Source: Eledone cirrhosa
Taxonomy: Eukaryota
DNA length: 64,000 bases
Reading direction: 5' to 3'
Assembly (NCBI GenBank): GCA_964016885.1
Contig: OZ024761.1
Location: forward strand, 620,001-684,000
Positions 1 through 13,086 of this stretch are shown one piece after another. A program made the translations under genes and the position numbers. Position 1 is the stretch's first letter. Each line of letters opens with the position of its first letter. A model generated the notes under the pieces. That model saw only the letters and a list, made by a program, of their open reading frames with translations. It was not told where the DNA came from and made no database searches.

Positions 1-102
1 TTTGTATATATATAGTATGTATGTATATATATAGTATACATACATACATATATATATACATACATATATATATATATACATATATATATAGTATACATAC
101 AG

Positions 103-217
<115 letters not shown>

Positions 218-234
218 CATATATACATATAGAA

Positions 235-269
<35 letters not shown>

Positions 270-311
270 CGATATTAACAAATGAAAACTATATATATTT
301 ATAACCATATC

Positions 312-376
312 TATTTTATTATACATATTTCAAGGACACCATGTTAAATTATGGTATGCTTTCATCAGACAAAATA
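312..376 (-). ncRNA. Type I hammerhead ribozyme
   Basis: Reverse complement of 533-597. Confidence 0.75.
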
Positions 377-532
377 CAATATATACCAGTTTTATAAATA
401 AATTTTAACATACCCTTTCAAAATGCAACCGTTACTTTTGGAAGTTGTCTTCCAAAAGTAACGGTTGCATTTTGAAAGGGTTGCATTTTGAAAGGGTATG
501 TCAATGTTTATTTATAAAACTGGTATATATTG

Positions 533-597
533 TATTTTGTCTGATGAAAGCATACCATAATTTAACATGGTGTCCTTGAAATATGTATAATAAAATA
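533..597 (+). ncRNA. Type I hammerhead ribozyme
   Basis: tattttgt-CTGATGA-aagcataccat...atggtgtcctt-GAA-atatgtat-A-ataaaata. Confidence 0.78.
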
Positions 598-727
598 GAT
601 ATGGTTTTATAAATATAGTTTCCATTTATTAATATCGTATATATACTCCAAATACTTGTCGAGTGCTTTATATCAGTTATAAAAATATTTGCTTGTTGTA
701 TCCCAACAATTTAAATAGAACTTTTGC

Positions 728-1330
<603 letters not shown>

Positions 1331-1333
<3 letters not shown>

Positions 1334-2018
1334 AAATGTGAAGAGGAGGCACACGAGTTAGGATATATATATATATATATATGAAAACAGGGAGAAAGAG
1401 ACGATTATGAGGGTGAAAAAAAATTTTTTTTTTCCTTTTTTTTGTCTCTATCTCTCTTTTTTCTGGGTTAGAAAATGATTAAAACGAAATGTTTTACTTT
1501 GTGTGAAGTGTTAAGGTATTAGTTGATTTATTTATTATTTAACCATGGTTCAACTAAGCACTCTTGCGTTATTAACACATTTTGAACTGCTTAACTTCAA
1601 TGTCTATGCTTGTAAATAACATTATTTTTTCTTCCACATTGACTTTTTACGTTCCACATTATGCACGAATTTTTTCCTTTTTCTTTTTTCTTTTCACTTC
1701 TTAAACCTTGTTTGTCAATAACATTATTCTTTCTGCACCTTCTGTTGAACATGTGCGACACCACACTAATACATTTCACTATCATTTGATAATGCAGATA
1801 AATGCTGAAACCGGTAATAGACAATAATTAAATATATAAATAGATAAATAAATGCCATTGTTAAATAATAAATAAATCAACTAATACCTTAACACTTCAC
1901 ACAAAGTAAAACATTTCGTTTTAATCATTTTCTAACCCAGAAAAAAGAGAGAGAGAGAAAAAAAAGTGAAAAAAAAATGTTTTCTTCCTCAAAATCGTCT
2001 CTTTCTCCCTGTTTTCAT
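1331..2018. mobile_element. Inverted-arm element in (TA)n with degenerate hammerhead
   Basis: Arms at about 1381-1545 and 1858-2018, with about 50 nt of extra sequence on the left. TTGATAA-tgca..tgct-GAAACCGGTA at 1779-1820. Confidence 0.65.
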
Positions 2019-2036
2019 ATATATATATATATATAT

Positions 2037-2126
<90 letters not shown>

Positions 2127-2179
2127 TATATATATATAATATATATATATATAATATATATATATAATATATATATAAT

Positions 2180-2275
<96 letters not shown>

Positions 2276-2614
2276 CATATAAAAGACACGGCAAAAAGTA
2301 CCCAGCACACACTGTCCATGTGGTTTGTGTTTGTGTGAACATAGTGTTTTCTTTTGCAAATTAGATGGGAATGGTTGTGAGCAAAAATAAAATGTGTTTG
2401 AAATCTTTACCGAGTGTTCATCTTCTAACATTTTCTCGGCCTCTTTACGCTCTGACTCATTTCTGGCGTGTTCTACTTTGTATTTTAGGCTATGCAGAGT
2501 TGTTTCACGGGAATGTACACTGTTGGTGGCCTGTGTTTAAAAAAGCATATGTATATGAGAATGTATATACATATACATTGTGTAATGGTAATATACATGA
2601 AAAGCAAAGCACAA

Positions 2615-3205
2615 ACAAACTGAAAGAGAAACTAGGGATATGAGAAATCAAATGATGTGTGCAAGAGAGGAAATTACTTGGTATGGACATGTGATGTGTA
2701 TGAAGGATGACAGCTGCATAAAAAGGTGCAGAGCGCTCAAAGTCGATGGAAGCCTTGGAGTAGGGAGACCCAGGAAGACTTGGGATGAGGTGATAAAAGC
2801 CAATCTTGCTGAATTGCACATCTCAAAGACGATGATACAGGACCGAGATCTCTTATGCGGTAATACAGAAAACCCGACTTCCCACGGGCACAGACTGAAT
2901 CACTCCCCATACATCTCGCATGAGGATAGGCCAAAACAATGTAAAGTGGTCGTGTTGGTGACACAGTAAAAAGCACCCAGTCCACACTGTAAAGTGCTCA
3001 TGTAGGTATCATGACAAAAAAGCACCCAGTACTCTCTGTAAATAAGGTTGGCGTTAGGAAGGTCATCCAGCTGTAGAAACCAAGTCAAAATCAGTTCTGT
3101 ATGAGCAAGACTTAGTCACCTGACCTAACATTTCCTACAGCAGGACAACTCGTCTAACCCATGCCACCATGAAAAAAGGGACATAAAACGATGATGATGA
3201 TGACG
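2615..3205 (+). mobile_element. RTE LINE 3' end with (GAT)n tail
   Basis: WYGHVMCM...GRPRKTWDEVI. The same 3' region recurs at about 5440-5670, 7150-7840, 45170-45610 (-) and 58690-58845 (-). Confidence 0.8.
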
Positions 3206-4195
3206 TTGATATATCATCGTCATCATCATCATTTTACGTCTGCTTTTCCCTGTTTGCAAGGGTGGGACGGGTCCTATTCAGCACAGCATCTCTCCACTTG
3301 TCACAGTCCTTCGTCATATATATATATATATATATGTAAATATCTTTAAGTCGTTTGGAAGCCTCGACAATGCAAATGGGTAAATCTCCGGGTAACAAGA
3401 TCCGGTGGTGGAGAGAGAGATGTAAGTGGGTGTACGTTGAGATGCGTGGCGTGTATAAGACGTGTAGAGGAATGAAGGAAAGAGTATAAAGGATAAAATA
3501 AAAATAACAACACGAGAGATTGGGAGAGATTTAATTGTCCCTATATATTTCGGATTCACATCCATCAACTGGGTTTTTTTTTCCGGGGTGGGGAAAGGTT
3601 GTCTGTCGGAAAGGTGCGAAACGCGTCCTCCGCTGTTTGTTGTTTTGAATATATATATATTGTAGTGAAATATCAGAAGTTATACACATAGGTATACATA
3701 CATATATATATATACATATATATATATATACACATATATATAATTTTTTTAAACTTTAATTTCCATAACAATCTTATCCACTCGGTTTTAATATATTGAT
3801 ATCTCTAAATCATATCTATAACATTTGTTATAATTTCACTTCTTAAAGTTTCTTAAAATATATACATATATGATTCTAATTTTTTAAATTTTAATTTTAA
3901 TTTTAATTTTAATTTTAATATTTTTTAATTCTTTATTTTTTTATTTCTGCCTCATACTAAAGAATAAATAAACAAAACTTGAGTTTTTTCCGTATCTTCG
4001 CATTTTAAAATATATAAATATAAATATTCTTAGTAACTCAGTTAACTTAATTTAATTTAACTTAATATTTACTTACATTAAATATAAACCAATATCCCTC
4101 ATAACTCATTAAAACAATTATCTATAACACGATATACCCATCTATGCATTTATTTATCTATTTATATATTTATTTATCTATTTATTTATCCATTT

Positions 4196-4405
4196 ATTTT
4201 TCTATCTATTTATTTTCTATCTATTTTTCTATCTATTTTTCTATCTATTTTTCTATCTATTTTTCTATCTATTTTTCTATCTATTTTTCTATCTATTTTT
4301 CTATCTATTTTTCTATCTATTTTTCTATCTATTTTTCTATCTATTTTTCTATCTATTTTTCTATCTATTTTTCTATCTATTTTTCTATCTATTTATTTTT
4401 CTATC
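4196..4405 (+). repeat. 12-bp tandem repeat (TTTTTCTATCTA)n
   Basis: Direct reading. Confidence 0.93.
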
Positions 4406-5024
4406 TACTTCGCCGAGGTTGACTTTGCCTTTCATCCTTACGGGGTCGATAAAATAAAGAACCAGTAATGCACTGGGAAATTGCTGGCCTTGTGCCTAAA
4501 GTAGAAACAATTACGGCAGTATCGGTAGAGGGTCGGACGCCATGCTTTCCAGCATAGTTACGTCCCTTTACGATCTGAGCTCAAATCCCGCCGAGGTTGA
4601 CTTTGTCTTTCATCCTTACGGGGTCGATAAAATAAAGTACCAGTAATATACTGGGAAATTGCTGACCTTGTGCCTAAAGTAGAAACAATTATCTTAGAAA
4701 TGAATTTAACTAATCGCAAATACAAGTACCATTAGATATAAACTTAGAATATACCCCCTCAAATTAACGTTATATGAGCTCTATCCATCCTCTTGTTAAT
4801 TTCTTCTCTCTATCTCTCGTAATATTTTTTTCTCTCTCTTTTTTTCTCTATCTCTTTCTCCAGTGTCATTTAAATAAATGGTTGTTTTTCAACTATTTAC
4901 ATATTCATTTGCATATTCGCACATAAGTTTGAATAATCCCTAATATATTTCCACTATCCAGAGAATTTCCAACCGATAAGGTATGATTTTCATGGATATG
5001 TCTCTATTTATAAAACAAACTTTG

Positions 5025-5089
5025 TATTTTATCTGATGAAAGCGTACCAATGTTGTCTTGGTTGCCCTTGAAATATATATAATAAAATA
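5025..5089 (+). ncRNA. Type I hammerhead ribozyme (same family as 533-597)
   Basis: tattttat-CTGATGA-aagcgtaccaa...ttggttgccctt-GAA-atatatat-A-ataaaata. Confidence 0.78.
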
Positions 5090-5223
5090 AATATGGTTTT
5101 ATAAATATAGTTTCCATTTATTTAATATCATTGAATATTTACTCCAGTAATTTGTTGAGTGCTCTAAATCAGTTATAAACATTTATGTTTGTCAGACTTC
5201 CAACAAATTAAATACAACTTCTA

Positions 5224-5299
<76 letters not shown>

Positions 5300-5667
5300 G
5301 AGACAGAGAAAGAAAGAAAGGTTTGCGGTGCTGAGACCGAGGAGACCACTTATCATGGGTATACTCAAAACAGGGAGACATGTAGAGTGGATATAGACAA
5401 ATGTGAAATCCTGTGTTATCACTTTGGATAAGTAAGAACATTATTCGAATGTAAAGTGGTCATGTAAAAGACACGACAGAAAGCACCCAGCCCACACTGT
5501 GAATGTGGTTGGCGCTAGGAAGGGCATCCAGCCATAGAAAACCAGCCAGAAACAGTCTTATATGAGCGAGACACGGTCACTCGACTCAACATACCTTTAA
5601 ATCAGATAAACCCATCTAACCCATGCAAGCGTAGAAAATAGACGTTAAACGATGATGATGATGATGA

Positions 5668-5730
<63 letters not shown>

Positions 5731-5815
5731 AAAGGTAAACAGAAATAACAACACAATCGGTACAGTATATGGAAGGAATATATTAGTTTAACACTTGAAA
5801 TAGCAGGAAGAGGGT

Positions 5816-5849
5816 ATTGACGTTTCGGACGCTAGTCCTTCTTCAGAAG
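5816..5849 (-). ncRNA. Minimal hammerhead motif of Penelope-like type
   Basis: Minus strand reads CTGAAGA-a-GGAC tagc GTCC-GAAACGTC. Stem I is poorly paired. It lies in a roughly 200-bp segment between (TA)n tracts. Confidence 0.6.
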
Positions 5850-5982
5850 AAAGAATGAGAAATTAGAAAGATTGAAGGGACGGGTAGGGGAGAATCGGAA
5901 AAATGTTTTTAGAGTAAAATAACAGGTACATTCATGTTATATATATATATATAGTTATGTAATAAACAACATAAGATAATTA

Positions 5983-6043
5983 TTTCATTTACCAGTGGTT
6001 TCTTGAAAGCAAACGAAATTTGCTTTAATTCATCAGAATGAAA
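5983..6043 (-). ncRNA. Type I hammerhead ribozyme
   Basis: Inverted copy of 6073-6133 with one substitution in stem II. Confidence 0.72.
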
Positions 6044-6072
6044 AAATCCGGTCAATAAATACACCAGGATTT

Positions 6073-6133
6073 TTTCATTCTGATGAATGAAAGCAAATTT
6101 CGTTTGCTTTCAAGAAACCACTGGTAAATGAAA
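6073..6133 (+). ncRNA. Type I hammerhead ribozyme
   Basis: tttcatt-CTGATGA-a-tgaaagcaaa tttcg tttgctttca-a-GAA-ACCA c TGGT-A-aatgaaa. Confidence 0.8.
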
Positions 6134-6225
6134 TAATTATCTTATGTTGTCTATTACATAACTATTAAGCTCTTTAACCTACATAGAGCACTCTTTTTTC
6201 CTGGACCTTTCCGGCGGAATTACTT

Positions 6226-6266
<41 letters not shown>

Positions 6267-6608
6267 AGTTTAGGGATGTAAGGGAATTGTTCTGTCATTA
6301 TGATAACAGAAGTCCAATGAGCTTTTGCTTCCAGAGTTGGGCCTGATTGATACAGATTGAACCTTCGGCTGCTCAATCACAAAATACACGTCTTACCTTA
6401 TATCATTACTATTGGATTGGCAGTATTGGTAGAGGGCCGGATGCATAGAGTTACGGCCCTTTATGGTCAGAGTTCAAATCCTGTCTAGGTTAATTTTGCC
6501 TTTCATCCTTACGAGTCGATAAAATAAAGCATAAGTAACGTACTGAGGTCGATTGAATCGACTTTCCACTCCCCCCAAATTACTGGCCTTGTGCCTATAC
6601 TAGAAATC

Positions 6609-6659
<51 letters not shown>

Positions 6660-6722
6660 CCCTTCCTACGGAAATACTTAATATATATATATATATACAG
6701 AGAGAGAGTGAATAAAGACACA

Positions 6723-6726
6723 GTAA

Positions 6727-6805
<79 letters not shown>
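6723..6805. repeat. (TAG)n microsatellite abutting the exon 10 donor
   Basis: Direct reading. Confidence 0.95.
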
Positions 6806-6808
6806 TAC

Positions 6809-6904
6809 ATCAAACTTCGGGTAAATGTTTTCGTTGCTTGGCTTTGTTGCCCCAACTTTCTTTGAATCACCTTGGAATTCTGACAGATGCAATTTGTTAA
6901 TACT
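6809..6904 (-). CDS. LGMN: Legumain exon 10 (SINKLHLSEFQGDSKKVGATKPSNENIYPKFD)
   Basis: attttacAG acceptor. The xIxxxxLSEFQG motif ends the catalytic domain. The probable donor is GTAACT directly before (ACT)n, so the 3' boundary is less certain. Confidence 0.85.
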
Positions 6905-7152
6905 CTGTAAAATATAGAATACATATAATATACATAACAACATTAGAAAAAATTAATATATACAAGGTTGGCTGCGAAATTCATAGGCACACCAAGATAC
7001 TCTCATGGAATGACCAAAATGAAGTTTATTTTTCAACATAGTCACTGGAAAGAAGCAATGCAGTTAGTAATAAAAAGATTTGGAATTAATGCACGCAAGA
7101 TTTCATAGCTCTAACATCACTCCTTGATAGTCAGCCCAAGAACTTTTCAGCC

Positions 7153-7700
7153 AGCACCCAGCCTACACTGTAAAGTGGTCGTGTAGGTGTCACGACAAAA
7201 ATCACCCAGCCCACACTGTAAAGTGGTTGTGTAAGTGACATGACAAAAAGCACCCAGCACACACTGTAAAGTGGTTGTGTAGGTGACACGACAAAAGCAC
7301 CCAGCCCACACTGTAAATTGGTCGTGTAGGTGTCACAACAAAAAGCTCCCAGCCCACACTGTAAATTGGTTGTGTGGGTGACACGAAAAAAAGCACCCAT
7401 AAGACACTGTAAAGTGGTCGTGTAGGTGACACGAAAAAAAGCACCCAGCCCACATTGTAAAGTGGTCGTGTAGGTGTCACGACAAAAAGCACCCAGCCCA
7501 CACTAGAAAGAGGTCGTGTAGGTGTCTCGACAAAAAGCACCCAGCCCACACTGTAAAGTGGTTGTGTGGGTGACACGACATAAAGTACCCAGCCCACACT
7601 GGAAAGAGGTCGTGTAGGTGTCACGACAAAAAGCACCCAACCCACACTGTAAAGTGGTCGTGTAGGTGACACGACAAAAAACCCCCAGCACACATTGTAA
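7153..7700 (+). repeat. 48-bp minisatellite, about 12 units, inside an RTE-tail repeat
   Basis: Unit gcacccagcccacactgtaaagtggtcgtgtaggtgacacgacaaaaa recurs at about 48-nt spacing (7393, 7441, 7489, 7537, 7585, 7633). Confidence 0.92.
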
Positions 7701-8354
7701 ATGTGGTTGACATTAGGAAGGGCATCCAGCTGTAGAAATCTAGCCAGAAACAGTTCTGTATAAGCAAGATAGTCACCTGACCCAACTTGCCTCTAACCCA
7801 TGCTAGCGTGGAAGGTGGTCGTTAAATGACAATGTTGATGATATACAACATATCACTCAAACAAGAGCACACAATTAAAGGAAAATGGAGAAAATAAGGG
7901 CAGTGACTTCTCATCAGTCAACATCTGGAAATCCTAATAGTTTCAATGCATTAAATTTAATACTTCTCATTTGACAGTAACAGGGCAAAACAAAGAAAAT
8001 ATTACATATTAACCTGGGAAGAAACTTCCCTAAAAAAACGATAAAGCAATAGTAGACTACATTTTTACATTTTTTAGGGATGCCTCTTTCTAGCTCAATG
8101 AGTAATCTTTTTTTTGTTTTGTTCTTGATGATATACATCATTTAATAAAACTTTCTAAATGTTTCTACTAAATTGAAAGCGTAACGTAAACATGCATTCT
8201 TGGCAAAATTTACTTCTAATGGTATCTTATAAACTTGTATAATCATCTGAAGAAAGGTCACTATTTTGGTACCTCTTGTTTTCTGGAGATGTGGTCAAAT
8301 TCAGGCTTTGGGTAGCATCTTTGTTCCGTATATGAACATAAATGATATAATATA

Positions 8355-8399
<45 letters not shown>

Positions 8400-8401
8400 A
8401 T

Positions 8402-8588
8402 GAAGGAAGTGTGGTAAGGAACCAGGTGGACCATAACGCACCAGAGTATTCGATACTTAGGGTAGTAGAGTGGGTAATAGGAAAAGAGTCAGGACTCCGA
8501 CGGCTGAGCTCCGGCCGTTTTGATAGCTAGGTCAGACCTTGCTGTCAAAACGGCCGGAGCTCAGCCATCGGGGTCCTGACTCTTTTCC

Positions 8589-8590
<2 letters not shown>
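8402..8590. mobile_element. Foldback element with one-sided tail in (TA)n
   Basis: About 50-bp arms at 8478-8527 and 8541-8590, plus a tail of about 75 nt. Relatives occur at about 10840-10938 and 63798-63978. Confidence 0.7.
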
Positions 8591-8640
<50 letters not shown>

Positions 8641-8767
8641 AAGTTTTGATCTTATATTTGTGTTTAACTGTTGTTATTAACTCCGATGATATCACCCTTG
8701 TGCTAGGATGCAACAATCGTTAGTTATTAAATGTTTGAAAGATTAAACGCTCTTTGATTATTATTTA

Positions 8768-8825
<58 letters not shown>

Positions 8826-8830
<5 letters not shown>

Positions 8831-9581
8831 TTGGTACTCTGAAATAGCGATATATATATGATTGTATATATAGTGTATTTTGCAATACACTGTATGCTTA
8901 ATTAAAAGCATTTCGAAGACCTTACGCTATTGTTTTAGAGTAGTGACAGTCTCACTTACTTTAAATTTTCAACAAAGAGGGGAGATAAAGCTGACAGAGC
9001 TCTGTTTCGTACTTTTTGGTACCTATCAAAGCTAACTACTCCACCTGTTTGCTGAAAATCATGAATGTTTGATTCTTATAGAATTCTAGTAATAATCAGG
9101 AACTGATTATACAGAGCGGTTGCCGGTCAAGCAGAAATTGAAAATTAGATTTGGTGCTCTGAAATAGCGATATATATATGAATGTATATATAGTGTATTT
9201 TGCAGACTGTCACTACTCTAAAACAATAGCGTAAGGTCTTCGAAATGCTTTTAATTAAGCATACAGTGTCTTGCAAAATACACTATATATACATTCATAT
9301 ATATATCGCTATTTCAGAGCGCCAATTCTAAATTTCAATTTCTGCTTGACCGGCAACCGGTCTATAAGATTCTATAAGAATCAAACATTCATGATTTTCA
9401 GCAAACAGGTGGAGTAATTAGCTTTGATAAGTACCAAAAAGTACGAAACAGAGCTCTGTCAGCTTTATCTCCCCTGTTTGCTGAAAATTTAAAGTAAGTG
9501 AGACTGTCACTACTCTAAAACAATAGCGTAAGGTCTTCGAAATGCTTTTAATTAAGCATACAGTGTATTGCAAAATACACT
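8826..9581. mobile_element. Tandem and inverted element with ~320-bp unit and variant hammerhead, in (TA)n
   Basis: Direct repeat starts at 8826 and 9146, strand flip at about 9205. The left arm is about 45 nt longer at its outer end. Confidence 0.8.
9420..9464 (+). ncRNA. Hammerhead ribozyme, U3-A8 core variant
   Basis: agct-TTGATAA-GTAC caaaaa GTAC-GAA-ACAGAGCTCTGT-C-agct. The inverted copy at 8989-9033 has TTGATAG. Confidence 0.75.
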
Positions 9582-9714
9582 ATATATATATATATATGTA
9601 AAAGTTCTATTTAAATTGTTGGGATGCAACAAGCAAATATTTTTATAACTGATATAAAGCACTCAACAAATAATTGCAGTAAAAATACGATATTAGTTTC
9701 CATTTGTTAATATC

Positions 9715-9747
<33 letters not shown>

Positions 9748-9875
9748 AATATATGCACACACACATATATATATATATATAGTTTTGTATATGCATCCAA
9801 CACAATGCTTTATTTTGATAAACATGTAGAAAATATAAGGGAAACAAAATAAAAGACGAAATTTTTAAAACTTAC

Positions 9876-9968
9876 CAAATCTCCATATTGTTGGGGATGA
9901 CTCATGCCATCTACCCTCCACTTCACCTCATTAAATTCATCCAAGATAGTTTTTGAAGACAGAGAAAC
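9876..9968 (-). CDS. LGMN: Legumain exon 9 (VSLSSKTILDEFNEVKWRVDGMSHPQQYGDL)
   Basis: gttcAG acceptor, GTAAGT donor, 93 nt. Carries the SHxxQYGD motif. Confidence 0.94.
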
Positions 9969-10355
9969 CTGAACATATAGAAAAGTCAAATTTTGTCTAA
10001 TTTATAAAAAAAACAACCCATTTTATATCAACATTATATATCATCATTATAATTTGCTGAAAAAGGGAAGTGGATTGACAGAATCGGTAGAGCATCGGAT
10101 GACATGCTTAGCAGCATAGAGCCCTTTACGTTCTGAGTTCAAATCCCACCGAGGTTAGCTTTGCTTTTCATCTTTACGAGGTCAACAAAATAAAGCACCA
10201 GTAATCTACTGGGGTCGATTAAATCGACTTTCCTCTCCCCTCAATAAAAAATCTTTCAACAAGTAATGATTTAGTCTCTCAGTCTGGAAAGGTCTTTTAG
10301 CGAGATTTGGGTGTTCCTAATCGCTTTTACGCTTTACTAGATTAACAGACAGACA

Positions 10356-10431
<76 letters not shown>

Positions 10432-11007
10432 TGTTAGGAAGGGCATCCAGTTGTAAAAATCCCAGCCAAATTTACAGTTTTGTCTGACCAAGTATGGCGT
10501 TGGAACAGAATTCTCCTATAAATTACCCAGCAAAGATTCGGAACCGAATCTAAGAGTTCTCGCATAGGGAATTTCCCACGATTGTCTTTTCAAAGACAAC
10601 GATGATAAACGTACATACCACTTGACCTCTGATCCCAGCTTGCTAGGAGATGATATCCACATGGCTGATCATAAATCAACCTCATGTACACATCCTTCTA
10701 ACTATAGCATTATTATAAATACAAGGAGTTAAGGAATCTAACAGGCAGAGAGACCAAAGCAAGCAGTCCGTGTTAAGGTTCACGATGTAGCAAACCTTTT
10801 ACCCTTTCTCTTTCCTGGCCCTTACTGGCTCTCACCAGCTGGGGTCCCGGATTTTTTCATATTACCCACTCTACAACCCCAAGTATCGAGTACTCTGGTG
10901 AGAAATGGTCTAGCTGGTTTTTATCGCTTCCATTCTGATATATATAGAGAGAGAAAGAGAGAGATGATGAATGGAAGAAAGAAAGAAATGATGTCAAACC
11001 AACAAAC

Positions 11008-11126
11008 CCTATCAGAATATTCCATCCAGCTAACACTGTAGATATCACCAAGGAATACACCTAGGTCTCTTTGATAGTAACAGGCATAAGAGGGCTCATC
11101 TTCATTGGCAGCAGTTGTGGCATACA
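11008..11126 (-). CDS. LGMN: Legumain exon 8 ([40 protein letters not shown])
   Basis: tttttAG acceptor, GTTTGT donor, 119 nt. Carries the YATTAAN, SYACY and LGDxYSVxW motifs. Lies inside ORF 10921..11142. Confidence 0.96.
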
Positions 11127-11309
11127 CTAAAAATAAAAACATGTTACTGAATATCTAAGGTCTTGCTCTCACGATCAAAGGGCTGTGCTTTGTATGTAAT
11201 GTGTATGTATGTATGTATGTATGTATGTATGTATGTATGTATGTATGTATGTATGTATGTATGTGCATGTATGTATATGTATATGCATGTATATATATAT
11301 ATATATGTA

Positions 11310-11349
<40 letters not shown>

Positions 11350-11640
11350 AACAAATAACGAAACGAAATTAAATTTCGTTTCGTTTGTAACTCACTTTTG
11401 TATGACTGACGCTTAAACAATTAAGTTAAAGATGTACATCCATATATGTATACTGAAATACTAGTATGTATATGAATACACACACGTATACATATGTAGA
11501 TGTACCAAGTTTTTTCACTGGTCACTTTACTGTGAGTGGCCAGCTATTCTGTATGTAAACACACAGACAAACCGGTTTTTAGAGTCATACTGGTTTTTGA
11601 GGAAACACCTTTCCTCTATTCTCCAGAAAGCCAGACAAGG

Positions 11641-11685
11641 AATATTGAACTAGTTTCGTTGTTGTTACAACTCATCAGCAATATT
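11641..11685 (-). ncRNA. Type I hammerhead ribozyme (467-bp unit)
   Basis: Minus strand reads AATATTG-CTGATGA-GTTGT aaca ACAAC-GAA-ACTAGT-T-CAATATT. Confidence 0.88.
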
Positions 11686-12107
11686 TACCTATCTTCCGGC
11701 CTCTCTAGAGAATCGTAAAAGCACATATCGTTATATGCTTTTTCTATGAAAATTAGTAGTGGGCAGACTAACCTGCATAGAGTGTGAGTAAGTACCGGTT
11801 CAACGGAGACGATAAAAACAAATAACGAAACGAAATTAAATTTCGTTTCGTTTGTAACTCACTTTTGTATGACTGACGCTTAAACAATTAAGTTAAAGAT
11901 GTACATCCATATATGTATACTGAAATACTAGTATGTATATGAATACACACACGTATACATATGTAGATGTACCAAGTTTTTTCACTGGTCACTTTACTGT
12001 GAGTGGCCAGCTATTCTGTATGTAAACACACAGACAAACCGGTTTTTAGAGTCATACTGGTTTTTGAGGAAACACCTTTCCTCTATTCTCCAGAAAGCCA
12101 GACAAGG

Positions 12108-12152
12108 AATATTGAACTAGTTTCGTTGTTGTTACAACTCATCAGCAATATT
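12108..12152 (-). ncRNA. Type I hammerhead ribozyme (467-bp unit)
   Basis: Same motif as 11641-11685, offset +467. Confidence 0.88.
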
Positions 12153-12574
12153 TACCTATCTTCCGGCCTCTCTAGAGAATCGTAAAAGCACATATCGTTA
12201 TATGCTTTTTCTATGAAAATTAGTAGTGGGCAGACTAACCTGCATAGAGTGTGAGTAAGTACCGGTTCAACGGAGACGATAAAAACAAATAACGAAACGA
12301 AATTAAATTTCGTTTCGTTTGTAACTCACTTTTGTATGACTGACGCTTAAACAATTAAGTTAAAGATGTACATCCATATATGTATACTGAAATACTAGTA
12401 TGTATATGAATACACACACGTATACATATGTAGATGTACCAAGTTTTTTCACTGGTCACTTTACTGTGAGTGGCCAGCTATTCTGTATGTAAACACACAG
12501 ACAAACCGGTTTTTAGAGTCATACTGGTTTTTGAGGAAACACCTTTCCTCTATTCTCCAGAAAGCCAGACAAGG

Positions 12575-12619
12575 AATATTGAACTAGTTTCGTTGTTGTT
12601 ACAACTCATCAGCAATATT
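12575..12619 (-). ncRNA. Type I hammerhead ribozyme (467-bp unit)
   Basis: Same motif as 11641-11685, offset +934. Confidence 0.88.
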
Positions 12620-13041
12620 TACCTATCTTCCGGCCTCTCTAGAGAATCGTAAAAGCACATATCGTTATATGCTTTTTCTATGAAAATTAGTAGTGGGCAG
12701 ACTAACCTGCATAGAGTGTGAGTAAGTACCGGTTCAACGGAGACGATAAAAACAAATAACGAAACGAAATTAAATTTCGTTTCGTTTGTAACTCACTTTT
12801 GTATGACTGACGCTTAAACAATTAAGTTAAAGATGTACATCCATATATGTATACTGAAATACTAGTATGTATATGAATACACACACGTATACATATGTAG
12901 ATGTACCAAGTTTTTTCACTGGTCACTTTACTGTGAGTGGCCAGCTATTCTGTATGTAAACACACAGACAAACCGGTTTTTAGAGTCATACTGGTTTTTG
13001 AGGAAACACCTTTCCTCTATTCTCCAGAAAGCCAGACAAGG

Positions 13042-13086
13042 AATATTGAACTAGTTTCGTTGTTGTTACAACTCATCAGCAATATT
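13042..13086 (-). ncRNA. Type I hammerhead ribozyme (467-bp unit)
   Basis: Same motif as 11641-11685, offset +1401. Confidence 0.88.

Larger units (their letters stand above)
270..727. mobile_element. Inverted (foldback) hammerhead-bearing element in (TA)n, Penelope-like terminal repeat
   Basis: Arms at about 270-445 and 447-637, with a tail of about 90 nt (638-727). Each arm has a hammerhead. Related pieces occur at about 4980-5227 and 9598-9716. Confidence 0.8.
5954..6228. mobile_element. Inverted hammerhead-bearing element in (TA)n
   Basis: Arms at about 5954-6049 and 6067-6164, with a tail of about 65 nt. Hammerheads at 5983-6043 (-) and 6073-6133 (+). Confidence 0.8.

Noticed and set aside
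3536-3632. Additional hammerhead-like remnants (GGAT-gtga-ATCC-GAAATATATA on minus; GAAACGCGTC on plus)
   Set aside because: The CUGANGA core has two or more mismatches, too degenerate to call.
7153-7700. CRISPR-like array (palindromic short repeats)
   Set aside because: No unique spacers, no cas genes, eukaryotic context. The unit is part of an RTE 3' tail.
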